Shown piece by piece: positions 1 through 9,344 of a stretch of 64,000 bases of DNA; position 1 is the first letter of the stretch, and the number at the start of each line of letters is the position of its first letter. The notes beneath the pieces are model-generated. The model saw only the letters and a list, made by a program, of their open reading frames with translations, was not told the origin of the DNA and did no database searches. The stretch covers positions 2,304,001 through 2,368,000 of the forward strand of contig CAVTTN010000002.1 in NCBI GenBank assembly GCA_963737655.1. Reading direction: 5' to 3'. The stretch comes from an uncultured Planctomycetota bacterium. Lineage in GTDB: Bacteria > Planctomycetota > Planctomycetia > Isosphaerales > Isosphaeraceae. A program made the translations under genes and the position numbers.

Positions 1-1
1 C

Positions 2-211
2 CAGGCCCTCGCGGCCCTGGCCGGCGCCACCGGGGGCAAGGTGCTCGGGCCCGACGAGATCGCCTCGGTCCGGCCGCTGCTCAAGGGCGAGGCGACCGTC
101 ACCGAGATCCACCGCGAGGCGACCGTGTGGGACAACTGGATCGTCCTGGCCCTGCTGATGGGTCTCTACTCGATCGACGTGGGCCTGAGACGGCTCGCCG
201 GCCTGTCATGA
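2..211 (+). CDS. 3' end of a membrane-anchored protein (probably vWA/GATase-like module protein), truncated by the window edge
   Basis: Frame 2 reads QALAALAGATGGKV...VWDNWIVLALLMGLYSIDVGLRRLAGLS*, the WD-W/TM/LRR-GL C-terminal anchor typical of such proteins; the TGA overlaps an ATG of the next gene. Confidence 0.7.
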   Translation, partial: QALAALAGATGGKVLGPDEIASVRPLLKGEATVTEIHREATVWDNWIVLALLMGLYSIDVGLRRLAGLS

Positions 212-222
212 GGGAGGGGCGA

Positions 223-1302
223 ATGGGAAGCGTGTCCAGGGTGGGTGAATCTCGCCATCTCGGACGGTGCAGGAAATCCACCAGACCCACCGTGGTTGGC
301 CTGACCGTTTTCTCCCTGCTCTGGTCCCTCTCGACTCCGGGACTCGCCGATGACGCGGCCCCCTTGACCGAGGCCCAGGTGGTCGCTCGGGTCACGGGGT
401 CGATCGACCGCGCTCTCGAATATCTCGCGTCGAAGCAGAAGCCGGACGGCTCGTGGCACACGAACAACGCGGTCAACGGCCTCGCCTTGCTCGCGTTCCT
501 GGGCCGGGGCCACGTGCCGGGCCGGGGGCCGTATCGCGAGGTGGTCGATCGCGGCAAGGCGTTCATCCTGGCGTCGGCCCGGGCCGACGGCTACCTCGCG
601 TTCGACAAGATGTACGAGCACGGCCTGGCCACGCTCGCCCTGGCCGAGATGTACGGGATGGACCCCGACCCGAAGCTCCGCGAGGTCCTCCGCAAGGCCG
701 TGGACCTGATCGTCCGCAGCCAGGCCCCCAACGGCGGCTGGCGCTATCAGCCCACGCCGAACGATCACGACCTGAGCGTCACCGTGATGCAGGTCGTGGC
801 GCTCCGGGCCGCCAATAACGCCGAGATCCCGGTGCCGGCCGCGACGATCGACCGGGCCATCGCCTACGTCCGGTCGTGCGCCAATCCCAACGGCGGCTAC
901 TCCTACCAGCCCGGCAGCGGGCCCGGACCGCAGACCACGGCCGCCGGCGTCCTCTGCCTCCAGCTCCTGGGCAAGGGGGACGACCCCTCGGTCGCCAAGG
1001 GCCTTGCGCTCATGGCGAGCTACCCGGCGACGTGGGAGAATAGCGGGCTTCAATATTTTTATTATTATCACTATTACGCCATCCAGGCCTACTATCACGC
1101 CGGCGGGAAGTCGTGGGATTCCTGGCACCCGAAGGTCCGCGAGATGCTGCTCGCCAAGCAGAATTCCGACGGGAGCTGGGACGTCCCCCCCGGCACGACC
1201 GAGAACGAGGGGACCGTCGGCCCGAACAAGGTCTACTGGACCGCGATGGCCTGCCTCGTCCTGGAGATCTACACCCACTACCTGCCCGCCTATCAACGCT
1301 GA
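223..1302 (+). CDS. Prenyltransferase/squalene-oxidase repeat (QW-motif) protein, probably exported
   Basis: Repeated QxxDGSW/QxxNGGW motifs (KQKPDGSW, SQAPNGGWRY, KQNSDGSW) and MYEHGLATLALAE; GGAGG upstream of ATG 223; alternative start at 208. Confidence 0.85.
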   Translation: MGSVSRVGESRHLGRCRKSTRPTVVGLTVFSLLWSLSTPGLADDAAPLTEAQVVARVTGSIDRALEYLASKQKPDGSWHTNNAVNGLALLAFLGRGHVPGRGPYREVVDRGKAFILASARADGYLAFDKMYEHGLATLALAEMYGMDPDPKLREVLRKAVDLIVRSQAPNGGWRYQPTPNDHDLSVTVMQVVALRAANNAEIPVPAATIDRAIAYVRSCANPNGGYSYQPGSGPGPQTTAAGVLCLQLLGKGDDPSVAKGLALMASYPATWENSGLQYFYYYHYYAIQAYYHAGGKSWDSWHPKVREMLLAKQNSDGSWDVPPGTTENEGTVGPNKVYWTAMACLVLEIYTHYLPAYQR

Positions 1303-1387
1303 CCGAGGGCCCGGCGCCCTGGCCGCCGGACCCTCCGATCGGGGACAATGACCCAGGGATCGAGAGGGGATCGGGGCGAGGCGGGCC

Positions 1388-2911
1388 ATGTTCCAGGATG
1401 TCTTGCGAAGGCTCGGGATCGAGGCGTCGAATTCCGGGGTCCGGGGGAAGTCCCGGGTCGCGAATCCCTCGGGCCGGGTCGTCGAGTCGATCAATCCGGC
1501 GACCGGCTCGGCGATCGGATCGGTCACGTTCGGCTCGGCCGAGGATTACGATCGGGTCGCCGGCGATGCGGTCGAGGCGTTCGCCCGGTGGCGCGTGGTC
1601 CCCCCGCCGGCCCGGGGGGCCGTGGTCCGCGAGATCGGCGAGGCGCTTCGGGAGGCGAAGGACGACCTGGGCCTGCTCGTGACCCTGGAGACCGGCAAGA
1701 TCCTGGCCGAAGGGCGGGGCGAGGTCCAGGAGATGATCGACATGGCCGATTTCGCCGTCGGCCTGTCCCGTCAGCTCCACGGCCTGACGATCGCCAGCGA
1801 GCGGCCCGGCCATCGGATGATCGAGCAATGGCTGCCGCTGGGCCCGGTGGGGATCATCACGGCGTTCAACTTCCCGGTGGCGGTCTGGGCGTGGAACGCG
1901 ATGATCGCGGCGGTCTGCGGCGACCCGGTGGTCTGGAAGCCGTCGCCCGAGGCCCCCTTGTCGGCCGTGGCTGTCCGGAACCTCGTCGATCGCGTGGCCG
2001 AGTCCCACGGCTTCGAGGGGGTCTTCAACCTCTGCGCCGGAGACGCCGACCCCGTGGGCGAGGCGATGATCGCCGACCCGAGGTTCCCGCTGATCTCGGC
2101 CACCGGCAGTTGCCGGATGGGCCGGAGGGTGGCGGAGGTCGTGGGCCGGAGGCTCGGACGGTCGTTGCTGGAGCTCGGCGGGAACAACGCGGCGATCGTC
2201 TCGCCGTCGGCCGACCTGGAGCTGGCGATTCGCGCGATCCTGTTCGCGGCCGTCGGCACCGCCGGCCAGCGATGCACGACCCTCCGACGCCTGATCGTCC
2301 ACGAATCGATCGCCGACCGTCTGGTCGATCGGCTCGTCAGGGCGTATGGGTCGCTGCCGATCGGCGACCCGTGGGCCGAGGGGACGCTCGTCGGCCCCCT
2401 GATCGGCGAGGGGGCCGTCGAGGCGATGATTCGGGCCCTGGACCTGGCCAGGGGGCAGGGCGGCGAGGTGCTCTGCGGCGGTCGTCGGCTCGACCGGCCG
2501 GGATTCTTCGTCGAACCGGCGATCGTCCGGAGCCGCCCCGACCTGCCGATCGCGGCCGAGGAGACGTTCGCGCCGATCCTCTATGTCACGACCTACCGCG
2601 ACCTGGAGGAGGCGATCGCGATCCAGAACGGCGTGCCCCAGGGGCTGTCGTCGGCGATCTTCACCGACCGGGTGAGCGAGGCCGAGCGGTTCCTGTCGGC
2701 CGAGGGTTCCGACTGCGGGATCGCGAACGTGAACCTCGGCACCTCCGGCGCGGAGATCGGCGGGGCGTTCGGCGGAGAGAAGGCCACGGGCGGGGGGCGC
2801 GAGGCCGGCTCCGACTCGTGGAAGCTCTACATGCGCCGGCAGACCTGCACGATCAACGGCTCGACCGCCCTGCCGCTGGCCCAGGGGGTGCGGTTCGAGG
2901 TCCTGGGCTGA
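1388..2911 (+). CDS. Aldehyde dehydrogenase family 7 (antiquitin / piperideine-6-carboxylate dehydrogenase-like)
   Basis: ITAFNFPVAVWAWN, LELGGNNA, GTAGQRCTT, EETFAPIL and GAEIGGAFGGEKATGGGRE motifs. Confidence 0.93.
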   Translation: MFQDVLRRLGIEASNSGVRGKSRVANPSGRVVESINPATGSAIGSVTFGSAEDYDRVAGDAVEAFARWRVVPPPARGAVVREIGEALREAKDDLGLLVTLETGKILAEGRGEVQEMIDMADFAVGLSRQLHGLTIASERPGHRMIEQWLPLGPVGIITAFNFPVAVWAWNAMIAAVCGDPVVWKPSPEAPLSAVAVRNLVDRVAESHGFEGVFNLCAGDADPVGEAMIADPRFPLISATGSCRMGRRVAEVVGRRLGRSLLELGGNNAAIVSPSADLELAIRAILFAAVGTAGQRCTTLRRLIVHESIADRLVDRLVRAYGSLPIGDPWAEGTLVGPLIGEGAVEAMIRALDLARGQGGEVLCGGRRLDRPGFFVEPAIVRSRPDLPIAAEETFAPILYVTTYRDLEEAIAIQNGVPQGLSSAIFTDRVSEAERFLSAEGSDCGIANVNLGTSGAEIGGAFGGEKATGGGREAGSDSWKLYMRRQTCTINGSTALPLAQGVRFEVLG

Positions 2912-2926
2912 CCGAGGGGGCCCGGC

Positions 2927-3153
2927 TCAGGCCCCCTCGACCTCCCGGCGGAGGTTCTCCAGCCACCGGCGGACGGCCTCCGACACCCCCTCGCCCAGTT
3001 CCTCGCGGAGGTCGTCGATCCGTTGGAGGATCTCGCGGGCGTCGTCCTCGCGGGTCCCCGGGCCCGAGAGCAGGCGGTGGGCCTCGTGGGCCAGGTGCCT
3101 CACGTTCAGGGCTAGGGTCGCGCCCCCGCGCCGTCGTCGCTCATCCTCTTCAT
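2927..3153 (-). CDS. Small helical hypothetical protein (~75 aa), frameshifted as given
   Basis: GGAGGAGG RBS then ATG gives MKRMSDDGAG; one extra G in the G-run (C-run at ~3123-3127 on +) joins it to ATLALNVRHLAHEAHRLL...REILQRIDDLREELGEGVSEAVRRWLENLRREVEGA*. The span is 227 nt (3n-1). Confidence 0.6.
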
Positions 3154-3684
3154 GGCCTGCCTCCTCCCTTCGGTCCCTGGCCCCCGGTCCGGCGTCCTCG
3201 GATCGGGCAGCCCTCGGGTTCGCCCCTCTTCTAACAGACGTCCAAGGAGCATCAATTCCGGCGAAAAAATTCCCGTCTTCGCGATTTTGTCTGTCCGTCG
3301 AAGGGTTTTCGCATCGTCCGGGCGGTTATTAGGACGAATTCCTTCGTCGTCACTCCCCGTGCCGGCGGCCCCGAGGGGTCAGGAGTGATGGACAGCCGAA
3401 CCCTCCGCCGGGTTCGCCCGAATCGGTCGGGAATCTGGGCTGATTGCGGGGCCTTCGGGGGATTCTCTCGCCCGGAGTGGCGTCTTCGCCGCCCTTCTCG
3501 GTTCCAATTACGGGGAGTCTAGGCGACATTCCGCGGATTTTGCGGGCGATTGGCGAGTTGTCGCCGCCGGGATGCCCCGACCCGCCCCGTCCGGGATGGC
3601 TGGTCAGACCCCGGCCGGTGGCATTACAATCCGGTCCGCTCCCCGGGGCAGGGACTGCGGGGGGGCCGGGCCCGAGGACGTTTC

Positions 3685-4881
3685 ATGAGCTTTCCGTTCG
3701 ACGTCTGCGTGGTGGGCGGCTGCGGCCACGTCGGCCTCCCCCTGGCGATCACCTTCGCCCATCGCGGGATGACGGTCTCGGTCTTCGACATCAACGACGC
3801 CGCCGTGGCCACCGTCAACCAGGGCCGGATGCCGTTCCTGGAACGGGACGCGGAACCCCTGTTGAAGGAGGTCATCGGCCGGACCCTCCACGTGGCCAAT
3901 GACGCCACCCTGGTCTCGAGGGCGAGACACGTGGTGGTCGTGATCGGCACGCCCGTCGATGAGCACCTGAACCCGACGTTCCACTCGATGAGGCGGTTCT
4001 TCTCGACGATCCTCCCCCACCTGGTCGATGGCCAGTGCCTGATCCTCCGGAGCACGGTCTTCCCGGGGACGACCGAGAGGGTCCACGAGCTCGTGGCGAA
4101 CTCGGGCAAGCGGGTCTCGGTCGCGTTCTGCCCGGAACGCGTGGCCGAGGGGCACGCGATCGCCGAGCTCGCCTCGCTCCCCCAGATCGTCTCGGGCTGC
4201 GACGACCGCGCCGTGACGATGGCCGAAGACCTCTTCGGACGGGTCGCCCGCTATACCCTCCGCCTCTCGCCGAGGGAGGCCGAATTGACCAAGATCTTCG
4301 CCAACGTCTGGCGATACATCCAGTTCGCCACGGCGAACCAGTTCTTCATGATCGCCACCGAGCAGGGCCTGGACTTCTTCACGATCTACGACGCCCTGAC
4401 CCGCGACTATCCGAGGATGGCGGGGCTCCCCCGGCCCGGGTTCGCCGCCGGGCCGTGCCTGTTCAAGGACACCATGCAGCTCTCGGCGGCCGACAACAAC
4501 CATTTCTCGCTCGGCCACGCGGCGATGCTCATCAACGAGGGGCTGCCGAACTTCGTCGTCCGCCACGCCAAGGAGCGATACCCCCTGGAGACGATGACCG
4601 TCGGCCTCCTGGGGATGGCGTTCAAGGCCGACAGCGACGACCCGAGGGAGAGCCTCTCGTACAAGCTGCGAAAGGTCCTCGAATACGAGGCCGCCGCCTG
4701 CCTCTGCACCGACCCGTTCATCGACGACCCGCGATTCCTCCCCCTGGAGGACGTCCTCCGGCGGTCGGACCTCATCCTGATCGCCACCCCGCACTCGGAG
4801 TATCGCTCGTTGACGTTCCGCGAGGGGCAGCCGGTGATCGACGTCTGGAACATCTATGGCAAGGGGGCGGGCCTCTCGTGA
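3685..4881 (+). CDS. Nucleotide-sugar dehydrogenase (UDP-glucose/GDP-mannose family, WecC-like)
   Basis: GGCGHVGLPLA Rossmann motif, LRSTVFPGTT, FCPERV, catalytic GPCLFKD, GMAFKADSDDPRES. Confidence 0.92.
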   Translation: MSFPFDVCVVGGCGHVGLPLAITFAHRGMTVSVFDINDAAVATVNQGRMPFLERDAEPLLKEVIGRTLHVANDATLVSRARHVVVVIGTPVDEHLNPTFHSMRRFFSTILPHLVDGQCLILRSTVFPGTTERVHELVANSGKRVSVAFCPERVAEGHAIAELASLPQIVSGCDDRAVTMAEDLFGRVARYTLRLSPREAELTKIFANVWRYIQFATANQFFMIATEQGLDFFTIYDALTRDYPRMAGLPRPGFAAGPCLFKDTMQLSAADNNHFSLGHAAMLINEGLPNFVVRHAKERYPLETMTVGLLGMAFKADSDDPRESLSYKLRKVLEYEAAACLCTDPFIDDPRFLPLEDVLRRSDLILIATPHSEYRSLTFREGQPVIDVWNIYGKGAGLS

Positions 4882-5900
4882 AAATCCTCGTGACCGGCTC
4901 GGCCGGGTTCATCGCCGGCTATCTCGTGGAAGACCTCCTGGCGGCGGGCCACGAGGTCGTCGGCCTCGACAACTTCACCAAGTACGGCCCATTGGAACGG
5001 GGGTATGACTCCCATCCCCGCTATCGAGGGGTCGTCGGCGACGCCAAGGACGTCGGCCTCCTGGGCGACCTCCTGGCCGATTGCGACGGCTTCGTCGCCG
5101 GGGCCGCGATCATCGGCGGGATCTCCCTGTTCCACGAGCTCGCCTACGACCTGATCGCCGAGAACGAACGGATCACCGCCTCGGCCTTCGACGCCGCCAT
5201 CCGGGCCTATCGGGCCGGACGATTGCAGAAGATCACGGTGGTCTCGTCGTCGATGGTCTATGAAAGCACCTCGATTTATCCCACGCCCGAGGGGGAGCAA
5301 CGGCGGTCCCCTCCTCCGCAATCGACCTACGGCTTCCAGAAGCTCGCCACGGAGTACTTCGCCCAGGGCGCCCGGGAGCAATACGGCCTGCCGTTCACCA
5401 TCGTCCGGCCGTTCAACTGCGTGGGGATCGGCGAGAAGCGGGCCCTGTCCGACAAGGAGGTCATGTCGGGCAACGTGAAGCTGGCGATGAGCCACGTCGT
5501 CCCGGACCTGGTCCAGAAGGTGCTGAAGGGCCAGGACCCGCTGCGAATCCTGGGAGACGGGGGCCAGGTCCGCTGCTACACCTACGGAGGCGACCTCGCC
5601 CGGGGCATCCGGCTGGCGATCGAGTCCCCGGCCGCTCTGAACGAGGATTTCAACCTCTCCACGCCGGTGGCGACGACCGTCCGCGAGCTCGCCGAGCTGA
5701 TCTGGGCCAAGATCAAGGGGCCGGGCGAGCCGCTTCGGGTCGTCTCGGACTCGCCGTATTCGTATGATGTCCGGAGGCGGATTCCCTCGGTCGAGAAGGC
5801 CCGGACGCTCCTGGGGTTCGAGGCGACGACCAGCCTGTCGGAGGCCCTGGACGAGATCATCCCGTGGATCGACGGGCAGATCGCCGTCGGAGGGATCTAG
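4878..5900 (+). CDS. NAD-dependent epimerase/dehydratase (extended SDR)
   Basis: GTG start overlaps the previous TGA; KILVTGSAGFIA, SSSMVY, YGFQK (YxxxK), RPFNCVG. Confidence 0.92.
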   Translation: MKILVTGSAGFIAGYLVEDLLAAGHEVVGLDNFTKYGPLERGYDSHPRYRGVVGDAKDVGLLGDLLADCDGFVAGAAIIGGISLFHELAYDLIAENERITASAFDAAIRAYRAGRLQKITVVSSSMVYESTSIYPTPEGEQRRSPPPQSTYGFQKLATEYFAQGAREQYGLPFTIVRPFNCVGIGEKRALSDKEVMSGNVKLAMSHVVPDLVQKVLKGQDPLRILGDGGQVRCYTYGGDLARGIRLAIESPAALNEDFNLSTPVATTVRELAELIWAKIKGPGEPLRVVSDSPYSYDVRRRIPSVEKARTLLGFEATTSLSEALDEIIPWIDGQIAVGGI

Positions 5901-5963
5901 CTCGTCGGGCGCGGACCCTGCACCCCTCTTCGATTCGTTCCCGATCCGGGCGGAGGCCCACGG

Positions 5964-6635
5964 ATGAAGCTGGAAGGCGAGCTGGAACGCCTGTATGCGA
6001 ACCGATTCCCCGAGGCCGAACGCCGGGCCAAGGCCGAGCTCTGGCGGACCCTCTGCGACGCCTTCTTCGACCGGTACATCCCCGGAGACGGCGCCGTCCT
6101 GGACGTCGGGGCCGGCTACTGCGACTTCATCAATAGCGTGAGGGCAAGGCGGAAGGTCGCCGTGGACCTGAATCCCGACACCCCGAGGCACGCCGCCGAG
6201 GGGGTCGAGGTCCACTCGCTCCCCCTGGAGACCCTGGGCGACGCCATCGAGCCCGGGACGATCGACGTGGCCTTCGCCAGCAACGTCTTCGAGCACCTCC
6301 GGGGCCCCGACGCCCTCCTGGAAGTCACCTCGGCGATCCTCCGGGCGCTCAAGCCGGGCGGACGATTGATCGTGATGCAGCCCAACGTCCGGGTGCTCGG
6401 GGGCGCGTTCTACGACTTCTTCGACCACACCTTGCCGCTGTCCGAGAAGGGGATGGCCGAGGCCCTCCGCGTCGTCGGCTTCGAGATCGAGGAGATCCGG
6501 GCCCGGTTCCTGCCCTACACGACCAAGAGCCGCCTGCCCCAGGCCCCCTGGCTCGTCCGGCTGTACCTCGCGTGCCCGCCGGCGCGATGGGTGCTCGGCA
6601 AGCAGATGCTCGTGGTCGCCCGCCGCCCCCTGTGA
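5964..6635 (+). CDS. Class I SAM-dependent methyltransferase
   Basis: VLDVGAGY motif I, SNVFEHL, LKPGGRLIV. Confidence 0.9.
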   Translation: MKLEGELERLYANRFPEAERRAKAELWRTLCDAFFDRYIPGDGAVLDVGAGYCDFINSVRARRKVAVDLNPDTPRHAAEGVEVHSLPLETLGDAIEPGTIDVAFASNVFEHLRGPDALLEVTSAILRALKPGGRLIVMQPNVRVLGGAFYDFFDHTLPLSEKGMAEALRVVGFEIEEIRARFLPYTTKSRLPQAPWLVRLYLACPPARWVLGKQMLVVARRPL

Positions 6636-7381
6636 ACGATCGAGCCGACCCGCCCATGAACGCCGAGCCGGCCGCCGTCGATTTCGTGATGCCCGTGTAC
6701 AACGAGGGCGAGAACATCGGCCGGGCCCTGGCCGAGCTCTTCGCCCACGTCCCCCTGCCCAAGCGCGTCCTGGTCGTCCATGACTTCGACGAAGATAATA
6801 CCGTCCCGGCCGTCCGGGCCCTGATGCCCGAGTATCCCGGCGTCGAGCTCGTCAAGAACACGATCGGCCGGGGCGTCATCAACGCCGTCCGGGCCGGCAT
6901 CGCGGCGAGTTCGGCCGAGGTCGTCATCGTGACGATGGCCGACCTCTCCGACGACGTGAAGATCGTCCCCGAGATGGTCCGCCGGATCGTCGAGGACGGC
7001 GACGACATCGTCTGCGCCTCGCGGTACATGAAGGGCGGGCGGCAGATCGGCGGGCCGTGGCTCAAGGGGATGATGTCCCGGGCCGCCGGGGTCAGCCTCC
7101 ACTGGCTCGCCGGCTGGCCCACCCACGACGCCACCAACGCCTTCCGCGCCTATCGGCGATCGGTCCTCCTGGACCATCCGATCGAGGGGGAAGGGGGGTT
7201 CGCCTACTCCCTGGAGATCACCGCCAAGGCCATCGCCGCCGGGCGGAAGGTCACGGAAGTCCCCTCGACGTGGCGGGACCGCTCCGCCGGGCAATCGCGA
7301 TTCCAGCTGCGGAAGTGGCTGCCGCACTACCTGCGCTGGTATGGATTTGCGTTGACCCATCGGCCGAAGCCGAGGCGATGA
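6632..7381 (+). CDS. Glycosyltransferase family 2 (polyprenol-phosphate glycosyltransferase-like)
   Basis: VMPVYNEGENI, MADLSDD, ASRYMKGG, DATNAFRAY, EVPSTWRDRSAGQS; GTG 6632 overlaps the previous stop; alternative ATG at 6656. Confidence 0.9.
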   Translation: MNDRADPPMNAEPAAVDFVMPVYNEGENIGRALAELFAHVPLPKRVLVVHDFDEDNTVPAVRALMPEYPGVELVKNTIGRGVINAVRAGIAASSAEVVIVTMADLSDDVKIVPEMVRRIVEDGDDIVCASRYMKGGRQIGGPWLKGMMSRAAGVSLHWLAGWPTHDATNAFRAYRRSVLLDHPIEGEGGFAYSLEITAKAIAAGRKVTEVPSTWRDRSAGQSRFQLRKWLPHYLRWYGFALTHRPKPRR

Positions 7382-7423
7382 CCCGGGGCGCCCGGCCCCC
7401 CGCGACGATCGGCCCGTTCGGAT

Positions 7424-9100
7424 TCACGCCAGGACGGACAACGCCGGCGCGACCTCGTGCCGGGGCGGGGATTCGGCGAGGGTTTCGGCCCGGACGAACG
7501 GGATGTGACGGGCCCAGGCCGGGTCGGCGGCGGGGAAGTCCTTGCGGGTGTGGACGCCCCGCGATTCCTCCCTCGCCTTCGCCGCCGCGATCATCAGCCG
7601 GGCGACGGTGAGCATGTTCTGGAGCGTCCAGCCGGCGGGGCCGTCGAATTCTTGCGCCAGCACGTAGCGACACCAGAAATCGACCTGCTCGGCCGCCTCG
7701 GACAGGCCCGAGGCATCGCGGATGATCCCGACTTTCCGCCACATCAGGGCGCGGAGCGAGTCGCGGATGTCGGTCAGGTCCAGGGGCTCCCGGCTGGAGG
7801 GGCGTTCGGCCGAGACGACGGGAGGGACTTCCAGCCGCATCGGCCCGGATTCGCCGAGGGTCCGGGCGATGTCCTCGGCCACCCTCGCGCCGAAGACCAG
7901 CCCTTCGAGGAGGCTGTTCGAGGCCAGGCGGTTGGCCCCGTGGAGGCCGCTGCTGGTGACCTCGCCGGCCGCCCAGAGGCCGGGCACGGTGGTCCGGCCG
8001 TCGGGATCGACGGTCGCGCCCCCCATGTAGTAGTGGGCGCCGGGGCGGACCGGGATCAGGTCGCGGGTGATGTCCAGGTCGAACCCCCGGCAGAGGGCCA
8101 CGATCCCGGGGAATCGGCTGCGGAGGCGGTCGGCGTCGAGGTGGGTCAGGTCGAGATAGACGCACGGATGCTGCGTCTTCGCCATCTGCGCCGTGATCGC
8201 CCGGGAGACGTCGTCGCGGGGGGCGAGCTCGGCCAGGGGGTGATACTCGGGCATGAACCGATGGCCGTTGCGGTCGCGGAGGTGCGCCCCTTCGCCCCGC
8301 AACGCCTCGGTGATCAAATGGCGGGAGGACCCGGCGATGTAGAGGACCGTCGGATGGAACTGCATGAATTCCATGTCGCGGACCTCGGCTCCGGCCCGGT
8401 AGGCCAGGGCGTGGCCGTCGGCCGTGGCGATCGAGGGATTGGTCGATTCCCGATAGAGCTGCCCGGCCCCCCCGGTGGCCAGGATCGTGGCGCGGCTCCA
8501 GACGAGCGAGGGCCCTCGGCGCTTGTCCCAGACGATCGCCCCTCGGCAGCGGTCTTCATGAGTGAGAAGATCAATCGTGAAGCTATTTTGCCAGATCCGC
8601 ACGTTCGAGGCGTCCCGGGCGCGGGCGATCACGGCCCTCATGACTTCCCGGCCGGTGGCGTCTCCCAGGGCGTGGACGATCCGGGCGTGCGAGTGCCCGC
8701 CTTCGAGGCCCAGGGCGACGGAGCCGTTCTGGCCCTGGTCGAACCGGGTGCCCCAGTCGATCAGCTCGGCGATCCGCGACGGGGCCTCGCGGACGACCAT
8801 CTCGACGACCTCGGGGTCGCACAGGCCCTTGCCGGCGGCCAGGGTGTCGGCGATGTGGTCCTCGAAGTGGTCCTCGGGGTCGAGGACCCCGGCGATCCCG
8901 CCCTGGGCATAGGCGGAGTTGCTCTCGCGGACCTCATCCTTCGTGACGACCAGGGCCCGCAACGGCTCCGGGACGCCCAGGGCGGCGCGGAGGCCGGCGA
9001 GCCCCCCGCCGACGATCAGGACGTCGGTGAAGTGGTGCGGCAGGTCGCGCGGATCGAACGGGGCGAGGTAGCGACGAGGCAGGCGAAGCGGGTGGTCCAT
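7424..9100 (-). CDS. nadB: L-aspartate oxidase
   Basis: IVGGGLAGL, SNSAYAQGGIA, EGGHSHARIVH, QFHPT, ELAPRDDV, GLHGANRLASNSLLEG, REESRGVH. Confidence 0.95.
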   Translation of the reverse strand: MDHPLRLPRRYLAPFDPRDLPHHFTDVLIVGGGLAGLRAALGVPEPLRALVVTKDEVRESNSAYAQGGIAGVLDPEDHFEDHIADTLAAGKGLCDPEVVEMVVREAPSRIAELIDWGTRFDQGQNGSVALGLEGGHSHARIVHALGDATGREVMRAVIARARDASNVRIWQNSFTIDLLTHEDRCRGAIVWDKRRGPSLVWSRATILATGGAGQLYRESTNPSIATADGHALAYRAGAEVRDMEFMQFHPTVLYIAGSSRHLITEALRGEGAHLRDRNGHRFMPEYHPLAELAPRDDVSRAITAQMAKTQHPCVYLDLTHLDADRLRSRFPGIVALCRGFDLDITRDLIPVRPGAHYYMGGATVDPDGRTTVPGLWAAGEVTSSGLHGANRLASNSLLEGLVFGARVAEDIARTLGESGPMRLEVPPVVSAERPSSREPLDLTDIRDSLRALMWRKVGIIRDASGLSEAAEQVDFWCRYVLAQEFDGPAGWTLQNMLTVARLMIAAAKAREESRGVHTRKDFPAADPAWARHIPFVRAETLAESPPRHEVAPALSVLA

Positions 9101-9178
9101 GATGGGGCCTGGATCTCGGGCGGATGCGAGGACCGAAGGTCTTGCGAGGCCGGGGCTCCGTGTTTCGCGCGTCGAATC

Positions 9179-9266
9179 GCGGTTCTTGTCGGGTCCGCGA
9201 TTGCGGACCTCTTCGATTTCGCATCATCTCGAAGAGGTCCGCAATCGCGGACCCGACAAGAACCGC
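9179..9266. repeat. REPIN-like doublet, family A
   Basis: Perfect 38-bp inverted repeat (9179-9216 / 9229-9266); each arm contains the hairpin GTCG-GGTCCGC-GATT-GCGGACC. Confidence 0.9.
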
Positions 9267-9344
9267 CCTCGACCACGCCAAACAGGGACGACGGGGGAGA
9301 GGGCGATGGAACGCGGCGCCCGGCCTGCTGTCCCGGCTGGCGGC

